From assembly GCA_050246755.1 (NCBI GenBank), contig JBFWVL010000005.1:96001-160000 (forward strand): a stretch of 64,000 nt of DNA. The letters run 5' to 3'. The stretch is from Bacteriovoracia bacterium. GTDB taxonomy: Bacteria; Bdellovibrionota; UBA1018; CAIPTA01. Below the pieces are notes generated by a model that saw only the letters and a program-made list of their open reading frames with translations, did no database searches and was not told the DNA's origin. Of this stretch, positions 9,596 to 18,914 are shown one piece after another; the stretch's first letter is position 1; each line of letters begins with the position of its first letter. The position numbers were made by a program, and so were the translations under genes.

Positions 9596-10279
9596 CTAAA
9601 TCTCCACCACCGCTTCTTGCATCATGAGGTTCACGCTTTTGGCGCCCTCGATGTTTTTCACTTCGCGCACGAATGCTTCGCGCCCGGCGTCTTTCTTAAA
9701 TTTCACGTGGTAAGCGAAATCGATGATATTGCCCTGGCCCATCTCTCGCAGGGAGACGAGGTTATAGTTTTTGCAGTGGGTATTGAGCACTTGCTCGAGC
9801 TCACGCTGCTGCTTCTCGGTGGCGGTAAGATTCAGGCGGAGGAGGGCATCGTACTGTGGACCGTGCGCGAAGGGAGTTTTCGCGAGAATCACCACCGCAA
9901 TGCCGAAGCAGATCGCGCCCATGGCGGCTACCGAGTAGTTGTGCACTCCGCAAGCGAGGCCCACCGAGAGGGCGGCGAAGATAAAGAGCATATCGCGGGG
10001 GTCTTTGATGTCGGTGCGGAAGCGCAGGAGCGAGATCGTGCCCACCATGCCGATACCGCGGGCCACGTTGTCGCCGATGGCTTGCATGGCTACGGCCGTG
10101 AGGATGGGACAGAGCACGAGGCAGTGAAGGAAGTTACGCGAATAGGAAAGGCCACGGAAAGTTTTGATATAGAGAATCGTGATCCCGCTGCCCAATACGA
10201 AAGACAATAAGAAGGCGTAGAACACCGTGAAAAGCGTTGGGTTCGCAACGGCGGACGAGAGGGATTGAATATCAAGCAT
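9596..10279 (-). CDS. DUF4956 membrane protein
   Basis: IGDNVARGIGMVGTISLLRFRTDIKDPRD, LSVGLACG, C-terminal ACT-like domain; start MLDIQ at 10279 preferred. Confidence 0.88.
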   Translation of the reverse strand: MLDIQSLSSAVANPTLFTVFYAFLLSFVLGSGITILYIKTFRGLSYSRNFLHCLVLCPILTAVAMQAIGDNVARGIGMVGTISLLRFRTDIKDPRDMLFIFAALSVGLACGVHNYSVAAMGAICFGIAVVILAKTPFAHGPQYDALLRLNLTATEKQQRELEQVLNTHCKNYNLVSLREMGQGNIIDFAYHVKFKKDAGREAFVREVKNIEGAKSVNLMMQEAVVEI

Positions 10280-10321
10280 GCGGACTGGCCTCGAGCTACA
10301 AAGTTTGCTGCGGTGCAATAT

Positions 10322-10338
10322 ATTAGGAAATTGTTAGG
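10322..10338 (-). promoter_or_regulatory. candidate OmpR/PmrA-type tandem box upstream of the VTC operon
   Basis: minus strand CCTAAC-AATTT-CCTAAT, an 11-bp-period direct repeat about 43 bp before the DUF4956 start. Confidence 0.4.
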
Positions 10339-10393
10339 AAGTAAAGTTAAATAGTCGGAAATTATGCTCTAGTCGATTATAGAAGCGTTAGAC

Positions 10394-10538
10394 CTGGCCT
10401 AGTTGATTGTTGATGGACACCGCTAACCAATTGTAGTTATTGAATAATTTCTAAAATAGTTTCTGATTTATACCAGTTGAAGCTAAGTTTGCGAAACAGC
10501 GCGCGAATGGCCGTAAAAACAACAATTAAGTAGACCAG
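10394..10538 (+). repeat. 145-bp MITE/ERIC-like element, copy 1
   Basis: ends CTGGCCTAGTTGATTGTTG ... CAACAATTAAGTAGACCAG; internal blocks shared with copies 2 and 3. Confidence 0.88.
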
Positions 10539-10580
10539 CTAGTGACAAATACCTTAGCAAAATGATAATGCATTGCATCA

Positions 10581-11942
10581 ATGCGTGTAAGTTTTCAATA
10601 TTCCGCTCTTTTCTTGATTGCCAGCCTAGTCACCGGTTGCGCGGGCGGTTTGCAATTGGACGGCAAAACTTCGCCGCGCTCGAATCGAACCGTGGTGCTT
10701 TTCCTGGTGGACGGACTGGGCGCCAAGCTCCTTCAGAGCGGAATTTCTTCGGGACTCATGCCCAATACGCGTCGTTTTTTTCTGAAAAATAAAACGGCCT
10801 TCGCGCAAGGGCAGGCCGCCTTTCCCTCGCTCACGTACCCCAATCTTTCGGGAGTTCTCACCTCGAAGGCGGTGGGCGATCAGCCCGTAACCTCCAATAA
10901 GGTGGCCGTGAACGGAAAAGTGGTGAATTATGAATCTCCTTTCCACCACGATGATCTCGAGCGGGCGGTCCGGCCCCAGAGTATTTTCACGCGTCTCGCG
11001 AGCCAGGGAAAAACCAGCGCCAGCTTTTCCTTCGTGCTCGGAGAGGATGCCACCGACCATATGGCCGTGGGCCTGCGCGAAGGCCTTGAATACCAAAGCC
11101 ATGAGTACCGCGAGCTCGACGAGCGGCTGCTCACGAATCTTGAAGAATATCTGGCCGACAAGGAAAACCCCGCCACCTGGCCTTCCTTCATCTACGTGCA
11201 TCTCGTGGGAGTAGATGGAACAGCCCACCATTTCGGCGTGCGCTCCCGGCAAACCCGCGAATACCTGGCTTGGCTCGATCGGCGGTTGGCGCCGGTTTTT
11301 AAAATCCTCGTCGCGGCCGAAAAACGCAAACAAGTAACCAGTATCCTCACGGCTGATCACGGCTTCGTGGACACGGAACGCTTCGTGGATTTGGAAAAAT
11401 TCGTCCGTAAGACCGATAAGACCCTGCTCGTGACCAACGAGAGCCGTTTCTTGGGCCTCTACCGCAAGCCCGGAGCTCGGCCCGAAGCCCTCGAAGAGCT
11501 GCTTGTCCATATTCGCTCCGTGCCCGGCGTGGAGCTCACCGTTTTGCGAAAAGAAAATCGTCTTGAATTCTCCACGGCGCGCCAAACCTTAGCCTTCGGG
11601 TATGGCCCGGCCTTATGCGAGTCCGCTAGTTTTTCGCTCGCTCCTGCAAATGAGAGCGCGAGCCTCGCCTCCGGCACGTTTCGCTGCCCGGATGAGCTCA
11701 ATCCCGTGATCCAGCCCTATCCCTTTCTCGTGAGCGGTCTCTCGCGCTACCTGAATGCCCCTAATCATCCCGACGCGGTGGTGATCGCCAAGCCCGATAC
11801 CTCGTTCACCAAAGACCATAAGGGCAACCATGGCGGCCCCACTGCCGACGAAATGCTCGTTCCCATCCTTTTGCGTAACGCGGCCATCGCCGGAGCGTTT
11901 CCTCACACTAGTGACTTGCTGAAAACCCTCGATAAGCTTTAA
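10581..11942 (+). CDS. alkaline-phosphatase superfamily nucleotide pyrophosphatase/phosphodiesterase lipoprotein
   Basis: lipobox VTGC; VDGLG, FPSLTYPN, VDGTAH, TADHG, GNHGG. Confidence 0.88.
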   Translation: MRVSFQYSALFLIASLVTGCAGGLQLDGKTSPRSNRTVVLFLVDGLGAKLLQSGISSGLMPNTRRFFLKNKTAFAQGQAAFPSLTYPNLSGVLTSKAVGDQPVTSNKVAVNGKVVNYESPFHHDDLERAVRPQSIFTRLASQGKTSASFSFVLGEDATDHMAVGLREGLEYQSHEYRELDERLLTNLEEYLADKENPATWPSFIYVHLVGVDGTAHHFGVRSRQTREYLAWLDRRLAPVFKILVAAEKRKQVTSILTADHGFVDTERFVDLEKFVRKTDKTLLVTNESRFLGLYRKPGARPEALEELLVHIRSVPGVELTVLRKENRLEFSTARQTLAFGYGPALCESASFSLAPANESASLASGTFRCPDELNPVIQPYPFLVSGLSRYLNAPNHPDAVVIAKPDTSFTKDHKGNHGGPTADEMLVPILLRNAAIAGAFPHTSDLLKTLDKL

Positions 11943-11954
11943 TCTCCGCTTTCT

Positions 11955-13784
11955 ATGTCGGAAAACCTCCTCCAGCTCCAATCGGCCGCCAAATCCTACG
12001 GCTCTCGCTTTCTCTTCGAGAACGCCACTTTTTCCGTGAACAGCGGGGAGCATATCGGCGTGATCGGCCCCAACGGGGCGGGCAAAACCACGATGTTCAA
12101 GATCCTGGCTCAGCAGGAAGAGATGGACCACGGCCAGCTCATCCGCTCCAAAAAACTTTCCCTGGGCTATCTCTCGCAGCACGATAAGTGGGAGCCGGAA
12201 GAAACCGGCAATTCCTTCCTCGAGCGCGTAACGCAGATCCCGATCTGGGAACTAAAAGCCCGCGGCCGCGAGCTGCAGGTAACGGAAGAACTGCTCGACC
12301 GGCAAATCGTCTCGCTCAGCGGCGGCTACCGCATGCGCATCAAGCTGATGGGCCTGCTCGGTTCCGCGCCTAACCTCATGCTGCTCGACGAGCCCACCAA
12401 CTATTTGGATCTCGAAACCACGCTTCTGCTCGAGCGCTTCCTGCAAGGCTACGAAGGTGCATTCCTCTTAATCTCCCACGACCGCGAATTCCTCCGCCGC
12501 ACCACCGATCATATCCTCGAGGTAGAGGGCGGCGATATGACCAAGTACAATGGGAATATCGACGACTACTTCGAGCAGAAAGAATTGTTGCGTACCCAGC
12601 TCGAAGCGAGCGCTGCCGGCCAAGCCAAGAAAAAAGAAGCCATCATGGACTTCGTGAACCGCTTCGGCGCGAAAGCCACGAAGGCCAAGCAGGCGCAATC
12701 TCGGTTAAAAAGTTTGGCGAAAATGGAAACGATCGAGATCAAGCCCCTGCCGAACGCCACCGTGATCAATATTCCCCCGCCCGCGAAAACCGGCAAAGCC
12801 ATTCTCTCGGTGGAAAACGCGCGTTTCGGCTACGGCGAAAAAACGATTCTCTCCGACGTGACCCTCACCGTAATGAAGGGCGATCACGTGGCGGTGGTGG
12901 GGCTGAACGGCGCTGGGAAATCCACGCTGCTCAAAGGCATCTCCGGAACCCTGTCTCCGCTCACCGGTAAGTTCGAGTTCGGCCTCGACGTGAAAATCGC
13001 TTTCTTCGCCCAGCACGTGATCGAGGCCCTCGACGCGGAAGACACCGTCTACCGCTCCCTCGAGAAAGCCGCCCACAAAGACGTGAAGCCCCAGGAGATC
13101 CTGAACCTCGCGGGCTCCCTATTATTTTCCGGCGACGACGTGAAGAAACCCGTTTCGGTGCTTTCGGGCGGCGAAAAATCCCGCGTGGCCCTCGGGCGCG
13201 TGCTTTTGCAAAAAGCTCCCTGTCTCGTACTCGATGAGCCCACCAACCATTTGGATTTCCAAACCGTGGAAGCGCTCACGAATGCGCTGCGCGCGTATGA
13301 GGGCACGGTAATCGTGGTGAGCCACGACCGTGGTTTCATCCGGCGCGTGGGCACTAAGATCCTCGAAGTGGCCAATGGAAAAGTGCGGCTTTACCCCGGC
13401 ACCTACGAAGAGTACGTATGGAGCGTACAGCAGGGATTGGCGGCGGGTGATAGTCCTGAAGAGAAGCCGGCGAAGAAGAAAACCGTAGTGGTGGAAGCCG
13501 TGGTGGAGCAGGCCAAGCCCACGAACTGGAAAGACCAGAAGAAGCAGCTCGAGAGGGAACTGAAATCCTGCGAGAGAAAATTCCGCGACTGCGAGAAAGA
13601 GCTCACCGATCTGCAAACCGAGAACGAAGAGCTGAATAAAAAACTCATGGAAGCCGTGGACATGACCCTCGTGCGCCGGATGACCGCGAACGGGTCCCGC
13701 ATCGCCGAGCTCGAGGCGCTATGGCTGCAATTAGCCGAAGAGAAAGAGCGCTGGGCTAAGGCCGTGGAAGAGATGAAGGGTTAA
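11955..13784 (+). CDS. ABC-F family ATPase
   Basis: two NBDs (GPNGAGKT, GLNGAGKS; LSGG; DEPTN), no TM segments, C-terminal coiled coil. Confidence 0.95.
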   Translation: MSENLLQLQSAAKSYGSRFLFENATFSVNSGEHIGVIGPNGAGKTTMFKILAQQEEMDHGQLIRSKKLSLGYLSQHDKWEPEETGNSFLERVTQIPIWELKARGRELQVTEELLDRQIVSLSGGYRMRIKLMGLLGSAPNLMLLDEPTNYLDLETTLLLERFLQGYEGAFLLISHDREFLRRTTDHILEVEGGDMTKYNGNIDDYFEQKELLRTQLEASAAGQAKKKEAIMDFVNRFGAKATKAKQAQSRLKSLAKMETIEIKPLPNATVINIPPPAKTGKAILSVENARFGYGEKTILSDVTLTVMKGDHVAVVGLNGAGKSTLLKGISGTLSPLTGKFEFGLDVKIAFFAQHVIEALDAEDTVYRSLEKAAHKDVKPQEILNLAGSLLFSGDDVKKPVSVLSGGEKSRVALGRVLLQKAPCLVLDEPTNHLDFQTVEALTNALRAYEGTVIVVSHDRGFIRRVGTKILEVANGKVRLYPGTYEEYVWSVQQGLAAGDSPEEKPAKKKTVVVEAVVEQAKPTNWKDQKKQLERELKSCERKFRDCEKELTDLQTENEELNKKLMEAVDMTLVRRMTANGSRIAELEALWLQLAEEKERWAKAVEEMKG

Positions 13785-13788
13785 CCTT

Positions 13789-14037
13789 TTACTCGCACGC
13801 ATCCACTTTGCCTTCACCGAACGAGCAGTCGTACGAAGTGGGCCAGCATTCGGATCCCCATACCTTCACGCGCTGGTCGTTGGCTTCCAGCACGGCATAG
13901 CAGCGGTAAACATTTTCTTGGGGAAAATGGCGCTTTTGGCAGTAGTTAGGTTCGTGGCTCCAGCTTTGTTCCACCACTTTGCAGTCGGAGGCGAAAGAAG
14001 AGTGGACGAAGAGGCTAACGAAAAGAAAAGTGAGCAT
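13789..14037 (-). CDS. small secreted six-Cys protein
   Basis: MLTFLFVSLFVHSSFA signal at 14037; 6 Cys in about 66 mature residues. Confidence 0.65.
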   Translation of the reverse strand: MLTFLFVSLFVHSSFASDCKVVEQSWSHEPNYCQKRHFPQENVYRCYAVLEANDQRVKVWGSECWPTSYDCSFGEGKVDACE

Positions 14038-14163
14038 ACAGTCTTCTTGTCTCCTGATAGTACCCGAAAGCCGAATTGTAACTTCCTTACGTGGAGGCGT
14101 CGCGTCAATTTTTCTTGCCTCCTCCAATTCCCGGTGCTATTCCTCCTCCAACTGGAGTTCCCC

Positions 14164-14475
14164 ATGCTTATTCTTTCTCTGCTCGCTTTCGCCACCGCCG
14201 CTCACGCCGACGTGATCCTCCTCGATTGCAATGTGGAAGGAGGGGATCAGCAAGTGCGCGTATCGGATGGCGCCCTCGGCCTCGAACTGCAGGAGCTCAC
14301 GAGTAAAGGTTCCTGGAAAACCCGCTCCCTTTCGGCCAAAGAGTGGGAATCGAAAAATATCCGCCTCCAGAGCAGCCCCGGCGAAACGTACGTGCTGTAT
14401 TTTCAAGACAAGGCCTGGCTCTACCAGAGCGTAGGCTCGGGATTCCGCCAGTCCGGCTTCGCCGACTGCAATTAG
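14164..14475 (+). CDS. small secreted hypothetical protein
   Basis: GGAG RBS; MLILSLLAFATAAHA signal; one Cys near each end of the mature chain. Confidence 0.7.
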   Translation: MLILSLLAFATAAHADVILLDCNVEGGDQQVRVSDGALGLELQELTSKGSWKTRSLSAKEWESKNIRLQSSPGETYVLYFQDKAWLYQSVGSGFRQSGFADCN

Positions 14476-14531
14476 TCACCGCCCTCCGTGTAAACCCTCA
14501 ATTCTCCTGCGCTAAAAGACGATAAGCCCTC

Positions 14532-16316
14532 GTGGACAAACGTCTTTTTCAGCTATTGCTGGCGCTCTGGCTTCTCGCCGCGCCCTTTGCCTTCGCCGCG
14601 CGTGACGTGGAAAAGCTTCTGCGCGAAGAAGGTGCCCGCGCAAAAGCAAATGCCGGTCTCTACTACGACGAAATTTTCGATCGAGACGGCCAGCTCCGCC
14701 CTCAATACAAAGATATTTACCCGCGCTTGCTCGAAAAAGAGCCCAGCGAACTGAAGAAAATCCGCGCGCTCACCAAAAAAGATTTCTTGGGTGACAACGC
14801 GCTTTCTCCCGTGGCCCTCATCACCGAAAAATCCGAGCACGATCTGAAGCGCCAAGGCGTGGCGCAGCGGGGGCGCGCCTTGCTGGAATTCCTGAAGGAT
14901 CACTATTCTGGCAAAAAAACCTATAGTGAGGTGATGCACCCCGCCCTCGTAGACCGCATCATCGCCCGCACCGGGGAAACCAGCTACGCGGGCCACATCA
15001 ATCCCGAGAGCATTCGCTTTATGTACGGCCCCGACATCATCCGCGATGCCGATGGGGTATTCCGCGTGCTTGAGGACAATACGAATTTTCTCGGCGGGCA
15101 GGGCGATCTGGTGAAGGCCCGTGAGTCGCTCTGGAAGCGGCTGCCAGAATACGCCACCGCTTTGGACAAAGAGGAAATTGCGCAGCCGATGGATTTTTAT
15201 AAAAGTCTCCTGACGCGCTACCGCCGCGAGATGCCGGATCCGAAAGCGCCGGTGGTTTTTTTCAGCGTTCCGCCTTATCCCGATAACGAAGATGTGCGCC
15301 TCAACAAAATCTGGAAAGAGCTCGGCGTAGAAACGGTTACCCCTTTCACGCGCAATCCTAAGCTGGTGAAGAAGAAAGACGGCCTTTACCTGGAGCGTAA
15401 AGTAGGCGCGAAAGTTCGCGCGGAGAAAATCGGCTACCTAATCCTCAATACCGAGTTCGGCGGCCTCGATCCCGGTTTTGCGCCGTCTCATCATCAGTTT
15501 TTGTTTGAAGCGGCAAAAGAGCATCTCGGCGCCAAAGGCCGGGAAGCGATTTCCAGGAAAAATAGGGAAGCGCTGGAAAAGGCGCTTGTGCCCGATCCCA
15601 GCGGAAACATCGACTATGCGGAAGTGGAGAACGTCTTGCGCAAGAAACTTGGCCTATCTCATTTCACCGAAGGCACGGAACGGGGCCTGGTGGAGGCGAT
15701 CGTGAAAGGCCAGGTGCTCTCGAACAATACTCCCGGGATCGATTTCATCAACGATAAAGAATTCAATATTTACGTGGAAGATCTGATCCGCCACTACCTG
15801 AAAGAAGAGCCCATTCTGCGCAATCTTCCCGCCCGCCGCCTGTATGCCGTGAATAAGGCCGGGGAGCGAGTGGTGGACGAGAAAGTTTTCCGTGACCTCG
15901 AGCGAGATACCGGTAAGTACGTGGTGAAGGTGGTGGATGGGCGCGGGGGAGAGGGCGTGTGGGTGGGGCCGAGGCTGAGCGCCGAGGGGCGGGCCGCGAT
16001 GCTGCAGAAACTGCAAGAGGATACAGGCCGTGAGGTGATTGTGCAGGAATACCGGCACCCCTCGGTGTTGGCGGGAGATATCGTGGATGAACGCGTGCTC
16101 GCGCAAGTGGGTCCCCGCGAGATTGGCGGAAAATTCGTGGAGGTTTCGGAAACGGGATGGTCGCGGGGTGTGAGCATGGCCGGAGACGGAAAAGTGAACC
16201 TCAGTGCCGGCAAGGCCCATGAGGTGACGGTCCTGCAACGGAGGCTAGATGTGAAAACGGGGCTTCCCGTTCGGCCGCGTTCCTGTTCCGAGCTTTACCG
16301 CGAGGCGCTTTATTAG
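14532..16316 (+). CDS. circularly permuted type-2 ATP-grasp protein with N-terminal signal peptide
   Basis: YDEIFD.DG..RP.Y, GVAQR..AL..FL.D.Y, GPDIIR..DG.FRVLEDN, NTPG....NDK, VVK.VDG.GG.G, KVN.S.G. Confidence 0.85.
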   Translation: MDKRLFQLLLALWLLAAPFAFAARDVEKLLREEGARAKANAGLYYDEIFDRDGQLRPQYKDIYPRLLEKEPSELKKIRALTKKDFLGDNALSPVALITEKSEHDLKRQGVAQRGRALLEFLKDHYSGKKTYSEVMHPALVDRIIARTGETSYAGHINPESIRFMYGPDIIRDADGVFRVLEDNTNFLGGQGDLVKARESLWKRLPEYATALDKEEIAQPMDFYKSLLTRYRREMPDPKAPVVFFSVPPYPDNEDVRLNKIWKELGVETVTPFTRNPKLVKKKDGLYLERKVGAKVRAEKIGYLILNTEFGGLDPGFAPSHHQFLFEAAKEHLGAKGREAISRKNREALEKALVPDPSGNIDYAEVENVLRKKLGLSHFTEGTERGLVEAIVKGQVLSNNTPGIDFINDKEFNIYVEDLIRHYLKEEPILRNLPARRLYAVNKAGERVVDEKVFRDLERDTGKYVVKVVDGRGGEGVWVGPRLSAEGRAAMLQKLQEDTGREVIVQEYRHPSVLAGDIVDERVLAQVGPREIGGKFVEVSETGWSRGVSMAGDGKVNLSAGKAHEVTVLQRRLDVKTGLPVRPRSCSELYREALY

Positions 16317-16461
16317 TTGGTCTACTTGATTGTTGTTTTTACGGCGATTCGCGCGTGAATTCATGGACCTGCATCTATCTAGTATAAATCTGAAACCATT
16401 TTAAAAATTGTCTAGTGACTGCACGTGGTTAGCGGATTTCACCAACAATTAAGTAGACCAG
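16317..16461 (-). repeat. 145-bp MITE/ERIC-like element, copy 2 (opposite orientation)
   Basis: begins directly after the ATP-grasp TAG; TTGGTCTACTTGATTGTTG ... CAACAATTAAGTAGACCAG; its reverse complement aligns with copies 1 and 3. Confidence 0.88.
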
Positions 16462-16519
16462 ATTTTAGTATTTACATGATGCGTCAATTCGTTTATACCT
16501 CCCTTCAGTTGAGGGACGA

Positions 16520-16993
16520 ATGCACCGTTTTCTACTTTTCGTTTTAACCGTGATTTCGCTGAGCCCTTCTGCTCAGGCCAAGCTCGAGATCCATAATCCG
16601 CATCACTACGATATCCTCAAGCCTAACTCTTCGCTGGAGTGCCGCTTCGTCGCCGACAATTCCTTCGGCTATTTGTTCGAGCGCGGCGGCGATGACCGCA
16701 TTCAGGTAAGCTTAATCACGAACGGCGTGAATGAGGGAAGTAAGAGTGCTTTCACCGTGGCCATCAAAGCGCAGGAAGCCATCGGTCTGCACCTCTATCT
16801 TTATGAGCGAACGGGGCAATTTGGCCGCTTCGTGGAGTTCGAGCTCCGTAATCAGCGCGACTCTTTCCTGAAATACGATTTTCCCGGACTGGCGATGCAA
16901 GTGAGCGCCATGTACGAGCCCGACGGTAAGGGCGGCGAGAAAGAAAATCTTTACCCCGACCTCATGAAGCGGATGGCTTGCCGCATTCTCTAA
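16520..16993 (+). CDS. secreted hypothetical protein
   Basis: GAGG RBS, signal peptide ending AQA, two Cys. Confidence 0.75.
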   Translation: MHRFLLFVLTVISLSPSAQAKLEIHNPHHYDILKPNSSLECRFVADNSFGYLFERGGDDRIQVSLITNGVNEGSKSAFTVAIKAQEAIGLHLYLYERTGQFGRFVEFELRNQRDSFLKYDFPGLAMQVSAMYEPDGKGGEKENLYPDLMKRMACRIL

Positions 16994-17056
16994 GTTATTT
17001 GCAAAGCGACCCGCATTGCCTTATTTCTGAATGGGCCTGGATTTCCGGAGGTTACG

Positions 17057-17299
17057 ATGGACGAAGATTTCGAAAAACTAAAGACCCGTGCTAAGCGCAT
17101 GGCCGAAGAAGCCACCGCCGGCGTGAAGGAAAAGCTGGAGGGCCTGCAGGATTCGGAAGAGTGGGAAGAAATTCGCGCCATGGCCACCGGCATGGCTAAA
17201 GATGCTGCCGAGCTAGTGCGTAAATATCCTTTGCAGTCCGTGCTCGGCGCCGCCGCCGCCGGATTTCTTTTAAGTTCACTTTTAAACCGCAAACGCTAA
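17057..17299 (+). CDS. ElaB/YqjD (DUF883) tail-anchored protein
   Basis: C-terminal VRKYPLQSVLGAAAAGFLL...RKR; GGAGG RBS. Confidence 0.85.
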   Translation: MDEDFEKLKTRAKRMAEEATAGVKEKLEGLQDSEEWEEIRAMATGMAKDAAELVRKYPLQSVLGAAAAGFLLSSLLNRKR

Positions 17300-17309
17300 G
17301 GAGCCCGCG

Positions 17310-17735
17310 ATGAAATGGATCCCTCTTCTCCTGCAGCTGGTTTTATTTCGTAAAAATTGGCTCGAGTCCCAAACGATGGTGGAAACGGCGCAGGCGATGG
17401 CCGAGAAGAGCAAGCGCGTAGCGATTTTGCTCGTGGGTCTTTTTTTCTCCTCTATTTTTCTTATCTCCGGCATCGTCGTGGCCGTGCTCGAACTCGGCAC
17501 GCAGATCGATCGCGGGAACGGCATTCACTATTCGGGGATCATGATCTCCGCCACGATCCTGCTTTTCCTGGGGCTCGCGATCGTGGCCTTCGCGGTCTTT
17601 TCAGGCCCTAAAGTTCCCCAAAGAGCGGAACGCGCGCCGAGCGGAGATCGCCTGAAGGATCTCGCCGAAGAATGCATTTCGGTTTTCCTCACGCAGCTGC
17701 GTAAGCCTTCCGATCGGAATCCTCCGCAGGGCTAG
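17310..17735 (+). CDS. two-TM membrane protein (YqjE/holin-like partner of YqjD)
   Basis: two hydrophobic helices; directly downstream of the DUF883 gene; AGGAG RBS. Confidence 0.6.
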   Translation: MKWIPLLLQLVLFRKNWLESQTMVETAQAMAEKSKRVAILLVGLFFSSIFLISGIVVAVLELGTQIDRGNGIHYSGIMISATILLFLGLAIVAFAVFSGPKVPQRAERAPSGDRLKDLAEECISVFLTQLRKPSDRNPPQG

Positions 17736-18850
17736 CCGTGCAGTCGTAGAAGGGTAATTTCGGCGGGCACCCAGAGCCGCAGTGGTGGTCCCCAGAATCC
17801 CGTGCCCACGTTCACGTACACCTGCAAGTGCTCGTGCTGATTCAGTCCCTTGCTGTAGGGATTGAATTTTCCTACCAGTAAATTGAACGGAAAAAATTGT
17901 CCGTTATGGGTATGCCCGGAGAGCATGAGATCGAAGCCCGCCTTGGCGGCAGCGAATACGCTTTTGGGCTGGTGGGCCAGCAGGATTTTCGGCATGTCGG
18001 CGGCGGATTTTTTTGGCAATGCCTTTTCCGGCTGAGAGGCGTTACCGGCAGAGTAGTCGGGCACGCCGCCGATCCAAAGGTGGCCATTTCCGTGAGCTAT
18101 TTTTTCTCCTTCATTGAAGAGCACGTGAAATCCGAGCGCTCGTCCCGCTTTCATCCAGGATTGGGCATTCCAATAATACTCGTGGTTGCCGATCACGTAG
18201 AAGGTTCCGTGCCGCGATCGGATATCACGCAGCGAAGCTAAATCCTCGGTAAGCTCGTGCACGAAGCTATCGCCGAGGTCACCCGTCACTGCCACCGCAT
18301 CGGCGTGGAGGGCGTTGAGCTTGGCCACCACTTTTTCCACGTACGGTTTTTTAATCAGCGGCCCCACGTGCAGGTCGCTGATCTGCGCGAGCAGAAACGG
18401 CGGTGCTCCGCTGGGCCAGTGTGGCAGCTTCACGTTGATCTCGACCACCGCGGGGCCCGCCCAGGCGGTGCGCACTCCCCAGAGATTTCCTAGCGCCGCG
18501 ATCGCGAAAGTGGCGAGAGAAATTTGGCGCTGCCCGGCGGAAGAGAATAAGAAATCACCGTAGGGAGAATAGCTGAGGGCGAGGAGCAATACGTCTTTGG
18601 CGAGCGTGGCCACGAACAGCTGAGCCATAAGCCCGAGCAGCAGGTAGGTAACGAGCTGGAGGCCGCGGCGATCATGAAAAAAATCGTGGAGGAGCCAGCG
18701 GGCGGGCTGTAGGCCAAAGGAGACGAAGAAAAAAGCGGCCAAGGGAATTTGCAGGGCGGCCGGAGGGGTAGCTGGGCTCACGAGCCGGAACCAGATATAG
18801 AGCCAGACGAAAGCCAGTACGGAGGTAATGATGAGCACAAAAGTTCGCAT
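17732..18850 (-). CDS. membrane-anchored metallophosphoesterase (YkuE/YaeI-like)
   Basis: SDLH, TGD, GNHE, LLAHQP, SGHTH.GQ, GTGFWGPPLR. Confidence 0.93.
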   Translation of the reverse strand: MRTFVLIITSVLAFVWLYIWFRLVSPATPPAALQIPLAAFFFVSFGLQPARWLLHDFFHDRRGLQLVTYLLLGLMAQLFVATLAKDVLLLALSYSPYGDFLFSSAGQRQISLATFAIAALGNLWGVRTAWAGPAVVEINVKLPHWPSGAPPFLLAQISDLHVGPLIKKPYVEKVVAKLNALHADAVAVTGDLGDSFVHELTEDLASLRDIRSRHGTFYVIGNHEYYWNAQSWMKAGRALGFHVLFNEGEKIAHGNGHLWIGGVPDYSAGNASQPEKALPKKSAADMPKILLAHQPKSVFAAAKAGFDLMLSGHTHNGQFFPFNLLVGKFNPYSKGLNQHEHLQVYVNVGTGFWGPPLRLWVPAEITLLRLHG

Positions 18851-18914
18851 ATCGGACCAGTATAGCAGGCTTTAGGGATTTGGGGCTTTTCCCGGCAAAT
18901 GTTATCTTACGAAG

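Noticed and set aside
10626-11585. Long antisense ORFs (319 aa here; also 799..1434, 9485..10210, 23401..24099, 34219..34968, 41529..42275)
   Set aside because: Shadows of well-supported genes on the opposite strand in GC-rich DNA, with no motifs
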